From Spirochaetaceae bacterium (GTDB lineage: Bacteria > Spirochaetota > Spirochaetia > SZUA-6 > DRHE01), in assembly GCA_020353535.1 (NCBI GenBank), contig CP070696.1:1677828-1741827 (forward strand): a DNA stretch of 64,000 nucleotides. Reading direction: 5' to 3'. Below are positions 18,223-27,144 of the stretch, one piece after another. A program made the position numbers and the translations under genes. Numbering within the stretch: the first letter of the stretch is position 1; each line of letters starts with the position of its first letter. Under the pieces are notes generated by a model. The model saw only the letters and a list, made by a program, of their open reading frames with translations. It was not told where the DNA came from and ran no database searches.

Positions 18223-21129
18223 ATGAAGAAAGTCCACTTGATCCTGGTTGTTCTGTTTCTTGCCTCCGCCGCATCGCTGTCCGCCGCCACCGAAACGGAG
18301 CTTTATTCCGAGGCGGAAGGCTACTACCGGGCCGGGAATTTCCTGCTGGCTCTGGACACCTACGGCGAGTTTATCCGCACCTTTCCCCTCTCCGACCGGG
18401 TTGCCGACGCCCAGTACCGAAGAGGAGTCAGCCTGTTCCGATTGGGGCGTTTTCGGGAAGCTCTGGGCGTATTCGAGGAGATCGAGCGCCGCTATCGCAG
18501 CGCCCGTTTCTTCGAGTACATCTACTTCTGGAGAGGTGTCGCCTATTTCCGATTGGAAAGCTTTGCGCAGGCCGAGCAGGCTCTGGGCGTGTTCCTGCAG
18601 AACGTGGACGATCAGGAGCTTACCCCCCAGGCTTTCCTGTACAAGGCCCAGGCGGAGATTGCTCTTCAGGATTTCGGCGGCGCTTCTGCGGACCTCGAGG
18701 CTCTTATAGAGGGATATCCCTCTTCCGAGTCCGCACAGTATGGATTGGTACTGCTGATGTACGCCTATCTGCCCCAGGGGCGGTATCAGGAGATCGAGGA
18801 ACTTTCGGGCAGCTCCAGGAGGGAAGGGCTTTCCGAAGACAGGAGAGCTCTGTTCGATCTGTATACGGCGGAGGCGCTTTGGAACGATAATCGCACCGAA
18901 GAGGCTGAAGCCATCTTCGACCGCCTGAGATCGGCGCAGCAGCAGGTCGCCTCGGTTGCCTACCGACGCCTGTTCATGGCCGCGGCCCAGAGAGGTGAGC
19001 TGTCCCGCATGGAGGCTCTTGTCCGGGAGGCGGAGAGCCAATTTGCCGGAGCCCCGGAAGTGCTGGAAGATCTCTGGATTCAGGTGGGAGTGGAGAGCTT
19101 CCAGCAGGCCAAGTTCGACCTGTCCGAGTACTTCCTGAGCAAAGTCTGGAGCCTACCGAAGAAAAGCGACATTCCGGAAACCGTACCACTGTATCTGGCT
19201 GAGCTTTCGGTCCGGGAGGGGAATTTGAACCAGGCTGCGGCGGTGCTGGAACAGTACCTGTCGGCAAATCCGAAAACCGCCGATCTCACTCAGCTGAAGC
19301 TGGGGGATGTGCGGCTCCTTCAGGGGGATTATGTCACCGCCGAACAGATCTACTCCAAGTATTTGAAGGATCACCCCGATTCAGCCACGTACAGCGAGGC
19401 ACTCTATCTGCTGGCTTACGCGCAGTTTCGTAAAGGGGATCTGGTTTCCGCTTTGGCTTTGGCCGAAGATCAGCTGCCCAGAATCACGGATCCGGCTCTG
19501 CGGCCTCTGCGCGCGGATTGGTACAAGCTAGCCGTGGTTTTGTACCGACGCCGGGGAGAGCTGACCCAGGCGGTGGAGCGCTTACGGGAATATGTGGATC
19601 TGTATCCCCAGGATCTCAAAGCTCGGATCGATTTGCTGAAGCTGCTGTTCTCTCTCAAGGATTACGGGGCGATCGTCAGTGAGACCAATAGGTTGCGTCA
19701 GGAGTTTCCGGACCTGGCCAGCCGGGATACTTACGTTCATCTGCTGTCCAACTATCTGCGGGGATTGTCGGAGATCAGCCGCAAACGCTACGATAGTGCC
19801 CTCGAGGCCTTGAACCAGGTGAGCAAGGAGGAGGCGGGTCGAGTCGGCTTGAACGCGATCTGGCCCTATACTCTGTACTACCAGGGCTGGGCTTTCTACC
19901 GCAGCGGCAAGTATGAGGCGGCGCGGGACCGGGTGACTGTCCTGCTCGAGAGCGAGCCCTCCCACCCTCTGTTTCCACAAGCGCTGTTTCTGGCCGGCTG
20001 GGCTTCCTTCAGCATGGCCGATTATCGCTCCTCCTCCCAATACTTCGCCCGTTTGGCAAAGATGAACACCCCGGAGTCGGACAAGTCTGCCTTTCTGCAG
20101 GCTCGCAGCCTGATGAACCTGAGGGATCTGGATACGGCGGCGATCCTCCTCAAGACCCACTACACCACCAGGCCGAACTCCGCCTTTGCCGATGATGCCC
20201 TGTTCGAGTATGCGGGTATTCAAGCGGATCTGGGTAAAACCACCGAAGCCGCGGATGCTTTTTCGCGGTTGGCCGCCAACTATCCGCAGAGTCCGCTCGC
20301 CGAAGAATCCCTGTACAAGCGGGGGGAGGTCTACAGCGCCGGCGGCCAGTTCCTGCAGGCCAAAGACGCCTTTTACGAATATCGGACCCGTTTTCCCAGG
20401 GGGAAGCTGGTAGATGCGGCTCTCTATTGGGGAGGACTGGCCTCCTACGAGCTTGGTGAAAAATTCGGTGCCGTCCTGCATTGGGAACGCCTGCTGGACA
20501 ACTTTCCCCTGAGCCCCTTCCGCCCGGACGCGCTGCGCCGGACCGCGGAGATCTACGCGGAGCGGGGGGATCGCAAAAAGGCGATCGAGCTGTACACGCT
20601 CCTGAGCGACGCATATCCCGATGAAGCGGCGGTGTACAATGTCACTCAACGGATCGACCAGCTCCGCTACCTTATGCAGGGATTGAGCGACCGGGAGGCG
20701 GTGCTTTCCAGCATTATCGGAGTCGAAGGCGGAGCCAGGACGGCAAAGGGCCGGGAAGCGATGATCGAGCTGTCCCGACTTTACATTTACGAGGGTTCCC
20801 GGCGGATGGACCTGGCCCTGGAGATGCTGCTGAAGGTGGTCGATCAGGGAGAGCCGGTGACCGCCTCCCAGGCTCAGTTTCTCATCGGAGAGTACTACTA
20901 CCGAAAATCCAATCCGTTACAGGCGGCCAGGGAGTTCCTGAAGGCCGGTTATCTCAATCCGGATGATCCGGACCAGATGGCCGCTTCGATCTTTCGGGCG
21001 GCGGAAATGATGCAGCTGGCCGGCAATTTTACCGATGTCCGCGAACTGGTGGGCAGACTGGAGCAGCACTTCCCCGACAGCCAGTGGACCGAGGAAGCCA
21101 AAAAGCTGCTGGAAGGGGGGCGCCGCTGA
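18223..21129 (+). CDS. large tetratricopeptide-repeat (TPR) protein with signal peptide
   Basis: MKKVHLILVVLFLASAASLSAA leader, then repeated 34-aa A-x-Y-x-x-G/A-x-x-y patterns across 968 aa. Confidence 0.8.
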   Translation: MKKVHLILVVLFLASAASLSAATETELYSEAEGYYRAGNFLLALDTYGEFIRTFPLSDRVADAQYRRGVSLFRLGRFREALGVFEEIERRYRSARFFEYIYFWRGVAYFRLESFAQAEQALGVFLQNVDDQELTPQAFLYKAQAEIALQDFGGASADLEALIEGYPSSESAQYGLVLLMYAYLPQGRYQEIEELSGSSRREGLSEDRRALFDLYTAEALWNDNRTEEAEAIFDRLRSAQQQVASVAYRRLFMAAAQRGELSRMEALVREAESQFAGAPEVLEDLWIQVGVESFQQAKFDLSEYFLSKVWSLPKKSDIPETVPLYLAELSVREGNLNQAAAVLEQYLSANPKTADLTQLKLGDVRLLQGDYVTAEQIYSKYLKDHPDSATYSEALYLLAYAQFRKGDLVSALALAEDQLPRITDPALRPLRADWYKLAVVLYRRRGELTQAVERLREYVDLYPQDLKARIDLLKLLFSLKDYGAIVSETNRLRQEFPDLASRDTYVHLLSNYLRGLSEISRKRYDSALEALNQVSKEEAGRVGLNAIWPYTLYYQGWAFYRSGKYEAARDRVTVLLESEPSHPLFPQALFLAGWASFSMADYRSSSQYFARLAKMNTPESDKSAFLQARSLMNLRDLDTAAILLKTHYTTRPNSAFADDALFEYAGIQADLGKTTEAADAFSRLAANYPQSPLAEESLYKRGEVYSAGGQFLQAKDAFYEYRTRFPRGKLVDAALYWGGLASYELGEKFGAVLHWERLLDNFPLSPFRPDALRRTAEIYAERGDRKKAIELYTLLSDAYPDEAAVYNVTQRIDQLRYLMQGLSDREAVLSSIIGVEGGARTAKGREAMIELSRLYIYEGSRRMDLALEMLLKVVDQGEPVTASQAQFLIGEYYYRKSNPLQAAREFLKAGYLNPDDPDQMAASIFRAAEMMQLAGNFTDVRELVGRLEQHFPDSQWTEEAKKLLEGGRR

Positions 21130-22775
21130 TGAAACGGTTGCTGATTGTTTTTACACTACTGTTGCCCCTCGTTGCACTGACCGCCCAAGATTCGGGGCTT
21201 GCGGTCGAGCCTGAAGAGCCGGACATCGTTCTTCCAGAAGTAATCCTCAGGATCGAGGATTTCAGTGTCGAGGAGGTGGAAGCCGGTGTTCCGGGGGAGG
21301 GAGAACTGATTGCTCCGGAACGTACCGTGCCGTTGCCGGATGTGGGGGAGCTGGATATCGAGGAGCCGGAAATCCCCTTCAATGTCGGGGAAGGCCGGGA
21401 CCTGATCTCTACAGAGCGCGGTTCCGATCTGTCCGCCCAGGCGATTCTGGGAGCCGGGACGTTGAGCCATCTCTACAGCCAGATTTCTTTGAACAGAATC
21501 GGCGGTGAGGAACCCCGCTTCAAACTGCGCTTCCTCCACGAGATGCTAGACGGCGTTGCCGGATCGGCGGGAGCCTCGGCGGGATCCGGTTATCACACCC
21601 GGGAGGATCGTCTGGAGGCGGGAATCAGACTCCATCTGGGCTCCCTCGGCATGGAGGTAGAGGGAAGTTTTCAGGACCGGGAACGGGGATTCCAGCAGCA
21701 GGCGAGTAGTTACGTATCTCATGTGCATCGCCAGGGTGAGCTGGAAGCCCACCTGGACCTTCCCCTCGGCGAACGCTTCACCCTGAAGGTACAGGCAGAT
21801 GGCTCCTTCGCTTCCCAGCTGTTGACCGGAATGGCTCCCGACGATACGACCGAGATATTGACCCGGCCTTCGGCAGCACTCGAGTTCCGCCACAAGAGCA
21901 TCTGGTTGGGTTTGGAGGGAAATTACAGCTACAGAACAGTCTCTGGCGCTGCCGCCGAGGCGATGGATGGCGTTGGCGCTCAGGCCTTTTTCGGCGCCGA
22001 GTTCCTGGAGGACTTCCGCTTCGAAGCCCGGGGCGGTTGGGCGTGGAACAACGAGTTCGGTCATCTGTTTCCCTTTTCCCTCGCCCTCTCCGGGACTCCT
22101 TTTTCCACATTCTCGTTCCAGGCCAGCGGGGGATTCCGGATAGTCCAATTGAACTACGCCGACCTGCTCGACGGCTATCCTTTTCCGGTCTTGCCCGTGA
22201 CTGCGCCTGTAGACGATCACGGCTGGTTCGCCGATCTGGGCATGAGCTTCACGCTGACGCAGAACCTCTCCCTCCAGGCCAAGGCACTGCTGGCTTGGAG
22301 CTCCGCCCTGATGCAGCCCGATGGGAGCGCGCCGGATCCCATCAGCGGATTGTTCAGCGTACCTCAAAACTCAGGCGTGCAGCTCAACGCCGATGCCCGG
22401 CTGCGCTGGAACCTGGGCGCTCTGATCACCTTGAGCGCCGGACTGCACACTGAGTTTATTGACAGACCGGCAGACTCTCCTCTTCATTCGGCGATCGTGG
22501 AGATCGAAGGCAACAATGCCGCCTCCCGCTGGGGTGGTGATGCGAGTCTGGAATTTGCTATCGGCGATCCCGATATCAAACCCCTGTTGTCGGCAAGCGG
22601 ATTTTACAATATTACGGATACCATTTCCCTGATCGCCGAGATCGAGGATCTGTTGTATCCCTTGTGGAACGTGACCTGGCTGACTGTGCGTTTGCCCTCG
22701 GGGGGATTGTATGCGTGGGATCCTTATGAGGCCCCGGGACTGAGGGGAACCATAAAAGTTCAAATCAATCTGTAA
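21129..22775 (+). CDS. secreted hypothetical protein, candidate outer-membrane beta-barrel
   Basis: The ATG at 21129 overlaps the stop of the TPR gene by 1 nt. Signal peptide MKRLLIVFTLLLPLVALTAQD, an acidic N-terminal region, then alternating hydrophobic strands. Confidence 0.55.
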   Translation: MKRLLIVFTLLLPLVALTAQDSGLAVEPEEPDIVLPEVILRIEDFSVEEVEAGVPGEGELIAPERTVPLPDVGELDIEEPEIPFNVGEGRDLISTERGSDLSAQAILGAGTLSHLYSQISLNRIGGEEPRFKLRFLHEMLDGVAGSAGASAGSGYHTREDRLEAGIRLHLGSLGMEVEGSFQDRERGFQQQASSYVSHVHRQGELEAHLDLPLGERFTLKVQADGSFASQLLTGMAPDDTTEILTRPSAALEFRHKSIWLGLEGNYSYRTVSGAAAEAMDGVGAQAFFGAEFLEDFRFEARGGWAWNNEFGHLFPFSLALSGTPFSTFSFQASGGFRIVQLNYADLLDGYPFPVLPVTAPVDDHGWFADLGMSFTLTQNLSLQAKALLAWSSALMQPDGSAPDPISGLFSVPQNSGVQLNADARLRWNLGALITLSAGLHTEFIDRPADSPLHSAIVEIEGNNAASRWGGDASLEFAIGDPDIKPLLSASGFYNITDTISLIAEIEDLLYPLWNVTWLTVRLPSGGLYAWDPYEAPGLRGTIKVQINL

Positions 22776-22788
22776 TAGGAGTGAGGGT

Positions 22789-23406
22789 ATGTTGGAAGTT
22801 ATTATGAAGGGCGGAATCGTTATGTATTTCATTCTGCTGCTCTCTCTGATCGCCGTGGTGATCATCATCGAGCGGCTGCTGTACTTTCGCCACATTCGCG
22901 TCGACGAAGAGAGTCTGATCCGGCGCCTGAAGTCAACCCTGGAGAAGGGGCACCACGATGAAGCCATGGCCATCTGCGAGCAGCACCCAAGTCCCATTAC
23001 CAACTTGATGAGAGTCGGTATCGAGTATCACCGGCAGCCCAAGCAGGTCATCCGCGAGGCCATTTTGGATGCAGCCAGCCTGGAAACACCGAAACTGGAA
23101 CGCTCCCTCTCCGCACTGGGTACCATCGCCACGCTGGCCCCGCTTCTCGGTCTGCTGGGTACGGTCACCGGCAACATCCGGGCCTTCGGGGTGCTGGGCC
23201 AATTCGGTGCGGTTGGCGACCCCGGTCTTCTGGCCCGGGGGATTGCCGAGGCGCTGATCACCACGGCGGCGGGGATCATCGTGGCCATTCCGGCGATCAT
23301 CTTCTACAACTACCTGGTGACCAAGGTGAACCATATCATCCTGCGACTGGAGAACCGGGTCAACGAGCTCGTTCTCCTGCTGGAGGGAACAGGAAATGCG
23401 CTTTAA
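22789..23406 (+). CDS. exbB: MotA/TolQ/ExbB proton-channel family protein
   Basis: Three TM segments, LGTIATLAPLLGLLGTVTGNI and ALITTAAGIIVAIPAIIFYN. Confidence 0.88.
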   Translation: MLEVIMKGGIVMYFILLLSLIAVVIIIERLLYFRHIRVDEESLIRRLKSTLEKGHHDEAMAICEQHPSPITNLMRVGIEYHRQPKQVIREAILDAASLETPKLERSLSALGTIATLAPLLGLLGTVTGNIRAFGVLGQFGAVGDPGLLARGIAEALITTAAGIIVAIPAIIFYNYLVTKVNHIILRLENRVNELVLLLEGTGNAL

Positions 23407-23800
23407 ACGAAGGCTCTCCGCGCAGTCGACTCCGAACCTGATTCCCATGATCGACGTGGTGTTTCAGCTGGTGGTGTTCTTCATGGTCTCCACGACCTTC
23501 GTCATCACACCGGGAATCAGCCTGGTTCTTCCCTCTTCACAGACAGCGGAACCTGTAGCCATGAGCAAGCTGGTGATCACCGTGGTGGCCAGGGAGGAGA
23601 TCTACTACAACAAGGAGAAGCATACTCTGGCCAGTCTGAACACACGACTTGCAGAGATCACCGAAGCGGAAAAGGAGCAGATCAAGACGGTGATCCTGGA
23701 GGGAGACCGGTCTGTCTCCTACAGTCTGCTGGTGGAGATCCTCGACGTCTTGAGGATCAACGGTTTTAAGGGAGTGAACTTAAGAACTCGGGAAAAATAA
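23396..23800 (+). CDS. exbD: ExbD/TolR biopolymer transport protein
   Basis: NLIPMIDVVFQLVVFFMVST and VILEGDRSVSYSLLVEILDVL. Overlaps exbB by 11 nt. Confidence 0.88.
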   Translation: MRFKRRLSAQSTPNLIPMIDVVFQLVVFFMVSTTFVITPGISLVLPSSQTAEPVAMSKLVITVVAREEIYYNKEKHTLASLNTRLAEITEAEKEQIKTVILEGDRSVSYSLLVEILDVLRINGFKGVNLRTREK

Positions 23801-23802
23801 TC

Positions 23803-24756
23803 ATGCGTGAACGATTAGTGGTCAGTGTGTTTCTCGCCTTTCTGGTGCACTTCATCCTCCTGCTGGTGCTCCAGCTGGTGGTGAAGTTCGAGCGGTCCAG
23901 GATCCCGGAATACAGCGGTCCGCTGTTTGTCACCTTGGGGGAGACCCCCGACATAGCTCCGGTCGTCGAGAAAGCCCAAGAGCCTCGGCAGCTTCCACGG
24001 ATGGAGCGGGAACAGCCTCAGGTCGAGCAGAGAGCGACGGACCGGGCCAGCACCGAGCCGGCCAGTGAGTCCACCGGCCTTCCCCGTATTCGTTCCGTGC
24101 CAACCCCCAAGACGACCCGGGAGTCCGCGGAGCGTCCCCGAACGGGACTGCGCTTCCTTGAGCCTGAGACCACACCGAGCAGCGACGAACGCTACCTTCC
24201 CCCCGATGAGCAGGCCTATCAGACGCCTCCGGCTGAAAGCCAGACCTCCAGGCAACCCGTGCCGGCCCAGGTTGTGCCCGCACCCCGTCAGTCGGAAGTC
24301 AAGCCGCAGGAGCAGCCGGATCAGCCCTCGGTCCTCGATTTGAGACGTTTGGATTCAAGCCTCTCGGAGTCGGGCAGCGCCGGTACCCAGAGCGGCAGCC
24401 GAGAAGGCGCACCGGCATCGCAGCCGGGTACGGGAGCCGAATCCACCTCGGTTCAGGAAGGGCGCGAGGGGATCGTGATCCTCTGGGACGATCCGTCTCA
24501 GGGACGGGAGCCTACCTCCACGCCACGGCCTCAGATCCCCGCCTGGGTCTCCGAGCAGGGAGTGCGTCTGCAGGTGGTGGTATCTTTCGTGCTTACCCCT
24601 CAAGGGGTGCTGCGGGACGTAAAAGTGGAGCAGAGTTCAGGGTACAGCGATGTGGATACCGCAGTCTTGGAGGCTCTGAGACGCTGGAAGTTCCGTCCGG
24701 TATCCTCCACACGTACGGTTACGGGCCGGGTTCCCTACACGATCATTCCGCGCTGA
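23803..24756 (+). CDS. tonB: energy transducer TonB-family protein
   Basis: N-terminal TM segment, a Pro/Glu/Ser-rich linker, and the C-terminal TonB domain VSFVLTPQGVLRDVKVEQSSGYSDVDTAVLEALRRWKFRP. Confidence 0.85.
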   Translation: MRERLVVSVFLAFLVHFILLLVLQLVVKFERSRIPEYSGPLFVTLGETPDIAPVVEKAQEPRQLPRMEREQPQVEQRATDRASTEPASESTGLPRIRSVPTPKTTRESAERPRTGLRFLEPETTPSSDERYLPPDEQAYQTPPAESQTSRQPVPAQVVPAPRQSEVKPQEQPDQPSVLDLRRLDSSLSESGSAGTQSGSREGAPASQPGTGAESTSVQEGREGIVILWDDPSQGREPTSTPRPQIPAWVSEQGVRLQVVVSFVLTPQGVLRDVKVEQSSGYSDVDTAVLEALRRWKFRPVSSTRTVTGRVPYTIIPR

Positions 24757-24778
24757 GTTCTGCGGAATCCAACCTCTG

Positions 24779-25120
24779 TTATTCATTCAATACTACGGGA
24801 ATGTTGTATCTTCTGAAGCTCGTATCGTTTGCGAGGATCGTCAAGCCTTTCACCGCGGCTTGAGAGATCAGCATGCGGTCGAAAGAATCATTATGATGCA
24901 GAGGGAGGCTTCTCAATCCAAATGCATCTTCGAAATCAAAGGGCAGTTCGTCGAATCCAGATTCAATGATCTTTTCGAGGTATGAGTCCGGAATTGTTAG
25001 CTTAGCAATCGACCTCTTTATCTCGATCTCTGAGATCGAGATAGAGCTGACCAGTCGTTGATCAGCATCCTGGATGAGTTGTCGTGACCTGTCAGTTAAC
25101 ACCTGGGAGCCATCCAGCAC
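24779..25120 (-). CDS. vapC: VapC-family PIN-domain toxin, N-terminally truncated (probable remnant)
   Basis: SSISISEIEIK and LHHNDSFDRMLISQAAVKGLTILANDTSF. The frame opens at a GTG immediately after an in-frame TAG, and the usual N-terminal xLLDT strand is missing. Confidence 0.6.
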   Translation of the reverse strand: MLDGSQVLTDRSRQLIQDADQRLVSSISISEIEIKRSIAKLTIPDSYLEKIIESGFDELPFDFEDAFGLRSLPLHHNDSFDRMLISQAAVKGLTILANDTSFRRYNIPVVLNE

Positions 25121-25221
25121 CTAAATGAGGACTGCCTTGCGATTATAACTTCCTCCCCCTCAAGGGCTTTTTGAATGAGTCGAGACAAGTGTGTTTTTGC
25201 TTCGTAGATGTTCGCTACCAT
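25096..25221 (-). pseudogene. truncated Phd/YefM-family antitoxin (41 codons)
   Basis: My translation is MVANIYEAKTHLSRLIQKALEGEEVIIARQ followed by out-of-family SSFRCWMAPRC. It runs 25 nt into the vapC frame. Confidence 0.55.
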
Positions 25222-25311
25222 GATCTCACCATTTTTTCTAGTTAACCAGACTAGACCATATCATATCAATATAGCGACATAGGCAATATTGCTGAAAAAG
25301 GTGTATCGAGC

Positions 25312-25785
25312 CTACCCCTGTTTTCCCGTGACCTCCTCGAGCCGGATTTCAATGATCCCGACCCTCTCGATTTCCCGCTCGTCCAAGTCGAAGCCTCGGC
25401 CTGCGTATTTTTCCATCAGGAGCTGAAGAGCCCGCCTTTTTTTCCCGGTCCCTGCAACGATTCGAGCCCTGCCGAAGGCGATCAGGCTGCGGAAGCGGGT
25501 ACCGTAGTCGCAGGCTTTATCCGCCGCTTTGAGGCCCAGATACTCGTCGATCTCCAGGCAAACCCGGGGATTCTTCGTCAACATATCGATCTTCCTGCCT
25601 GTCCGGGCGCAATGGATGTAGATCCGTCCGCTGGCGTGGGCGAAGTGGACCGGTACAACGAAGGGATAGTCCTCGGCCCCGGCATCCCCGGCTGCCGGGG
25701 CCAGGCCGATGCGGCACACCGGAGCGCTGCGCAGGAGCTCTTCCAGGACCTGCTGGTTTCGGATCTCCTTTTCTCTGCGTCTCAT
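25312..25785 (-). CDS. pyridoxamine 5'-phosphate oxidase family (FMN-binding split-barrel) protein
   Basis: MRRREKEIRNQQVLEELLRSAPVCRIGLA, YIHCARTGRKIDMLTKNPRVCLEIDE. Confidence 0.8.
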   Translation of the reverse strand: MRRREKEIRNQQVLEELLRSAPVCRIGLAPAAGDAGAEDYPFVVPVHFAHASGRIYIHCARTGRKIDMLTKNPRVCLEIDEYLGLKAADKACDYGTRFRSLIAFGRARIVAGTGKKRRALQLLMEKYAGRGFDLDEREIERVGIIEIRLEEVTGKQG

Positions 25786-25813
25786 GCATCCTCCCCGTTT
25801 CGCTGCACGGGAC

Positions 25814-25842
25814 TTGACGGCAAGCCCCGAAGCGACTAAATT
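25814..25842 (+). promoter_or_regulatory. sigma70-like promoter for the thiamine transporter leader
   Basis: TTGACG (25814-25819), 17-nt spacer, TAAATT (25837-25842). Confidence 0.45.
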
Positions 25843-25848
25843 TCATTT

Positions 25849-25985
25849 GAAGTGGGGTGGTTCCACCAGGGACGTTGGCTGGTCTGCGGCCTCCGCCGTT
25901 TATAGATCATCCATCGTTGGGAGCCTGAGATTACACCCGTTGAACCTGATCTGGATAATGCCAGCGCAGGGATCCTTCGGCGGTC
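25849..25985 (+). promoter_or_regulatory. TPP (THI-box) riboswitch
   Basis: CTGAGA ... ACCCGTTGAACCTGATCTGGATAATGCCAGCGCAGGGA at 25925-25972, almost letter-for-letter the conserved thi-box core. GGGGTGG lies at 25853. The 5' boundary and P3 are uncertain. Confidence 0.85.
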
Positions 25986-26025
25986 CATCCACACTCGTCA
26001 TTCTACCCTAAAAGACTGTTCGAAG

Positions 26026-26045
26026 TGCAGATCGTACGATCTGCA
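26026..26045. repeat. perfect 20-bp palindrome between the riboswitch aptamer and the RBS
   Basis: tgcagatcgtacgatctgca. No T-run follows. The GAGGAGG RBS lies about 15 nt downstream. Confidence 0.9.
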
Positions 26046-26073
26046 GCGAACAGCAGAGACGAGGAGGTGTTCC

Positions 26074-27144
26074 ATGAACAGATCACAATACATGGTAGCG
26101 ACGGCAGGACTGGTGCATCCACAGCGGTTACGCGCGTTCGCCGTCGGGGCGGTGCTGTTGCTGTTCGCTGTCGGAGCGATTGGCGCCACTCCGGCGGCGG
26201 AGCAGGAGGCGGAACTGGTAATCTACGCCTACGACTCCTTCGTGGCGGAGTGGGGGCCGGCTCCTATCGTCGTCCCCAGGTTCGAGGAGAAACACGGTGT
26301 CACGGTCACGGTCATCTCCGTTGGGGACGCCGGACAGGTGCTGAACAGGGCTATTCTGGAGAGGGAGAATCCCCAGGCGGACATCGTTCTGGGAATCGAC
26401 AACAACATGCTCTCCCGAGCCCTGGAGGAGAAGGTACTCGAGCCCTACCGCTCGCCGAATCTCGACCACGTCCAAAAGGAGTTGATCTTCGATCCGACCA
26501 ATTCGGTGACGCCTTTCGACTACGGCTACTTCGCCTTTGTCTACGATTCTGAAAGGCTTGAGAATCCCCCGAGATCCCTGGAGGAACTCACCGAATCCCG
26601 CTTCCGCAAGCGGATCATCATTCAGGATCCCCGGACCTCCAGTCCCGGTTTGGGATTTCTGCTCTGGACCATCGCCGTGTACGGCGAAGAGTACTTGGAG
26701 TATTGGAAGCGCCTGCAGCCCAACCTACTGACCATTACCGACGGCTGGGATACGGCCTACGGTATGTTTACCAGCGGAGAGGCGCCTATGGTGTTGAGCT
26801 ACACCACCAGCCCCGCCTACCACGTGGAGTACGAGCAGAGCGAGCGTTACCGGGCTCTGTTGTTCAATGAGGGTAACTACCTTCAGATCGAGGGCATGGG
26901 CATCCTCAAGGGGGCTCCGCATCCGGAGTTGGCCCGCAGGTTCATCGATTTCATCCTGACCGAGGAGTTCCAAGAGGCAATCCCGCTGACCAACTGGATG
27001 TACCCCGTTTCACCCAGTGCGGCTACCCCGGATTCCTTCCGCTTCGCTCCCAAACCGGAACGCACCTTGCAGCTTCCTGCCGATGAGATTCGCAAAAACC
27101 AGGAGCGCTGGATTAACGCGTGGGTAAAACTGGTCAGCCGCTAG
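26074..27144 (+). CDS. thiB: thiamine ABC transporter substrate-binding protein
   Basis: LVIYAYDSFVAEWGPAPIVVPRFEEKHGVTVTVISVGDAG with a signal peptide. Sits directly behind the TPP riboswitch. Confidence 0.85.
   Translation: MNRSQYMVATAGLVHPQRLRAFAVGAVLLLFAVGAIGATPAAEQEAELVIYAYDSFVAEWGPAPIVVPRFEEKHGVTVTVISVGDAGQVLNRAILERENPQADIVLGIDNNMLSRALEEKVLEPYRSPNLDHVQKELIFDPTNSVTPFDYGYFAFVYDSERLENPPRSLEELTESRFRKRIIIQDPRTSSPGLGFLLWTIAVYGEEYLEYWKRLQPNLLTITDGWDTAYGMFTSGEAPMVLSYTTSPAYHVEYEQSERYRALLFNEGNYLQIEGMGILKGAPHPELARRFIDFILTEEFQEAIPLTNWMYPVSPSAATPDSFRFAPKPERTLQLPADEIRKNQERWINAWVKLVSR

Noticed and set aside
21129-22775. The 548-aa secreted protein as a TonB-dependent receptor for the adjacent ExbBD-TonB.
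   Set aside because: It is too short, with no plug-domain or TonB-box-like N-terminal motif and no C-terminal aromatic residue (it ends ...IKVQINL). Called only a barrel candidate.
26026-26045. The 20-bp palindrome as the intrinsic terminator of the TPP riboswitch.
   Set aside because: No T/U-run follows the hairpin (the next bases are gcgaacagcag), so a Rho-independent terminator is not supported.
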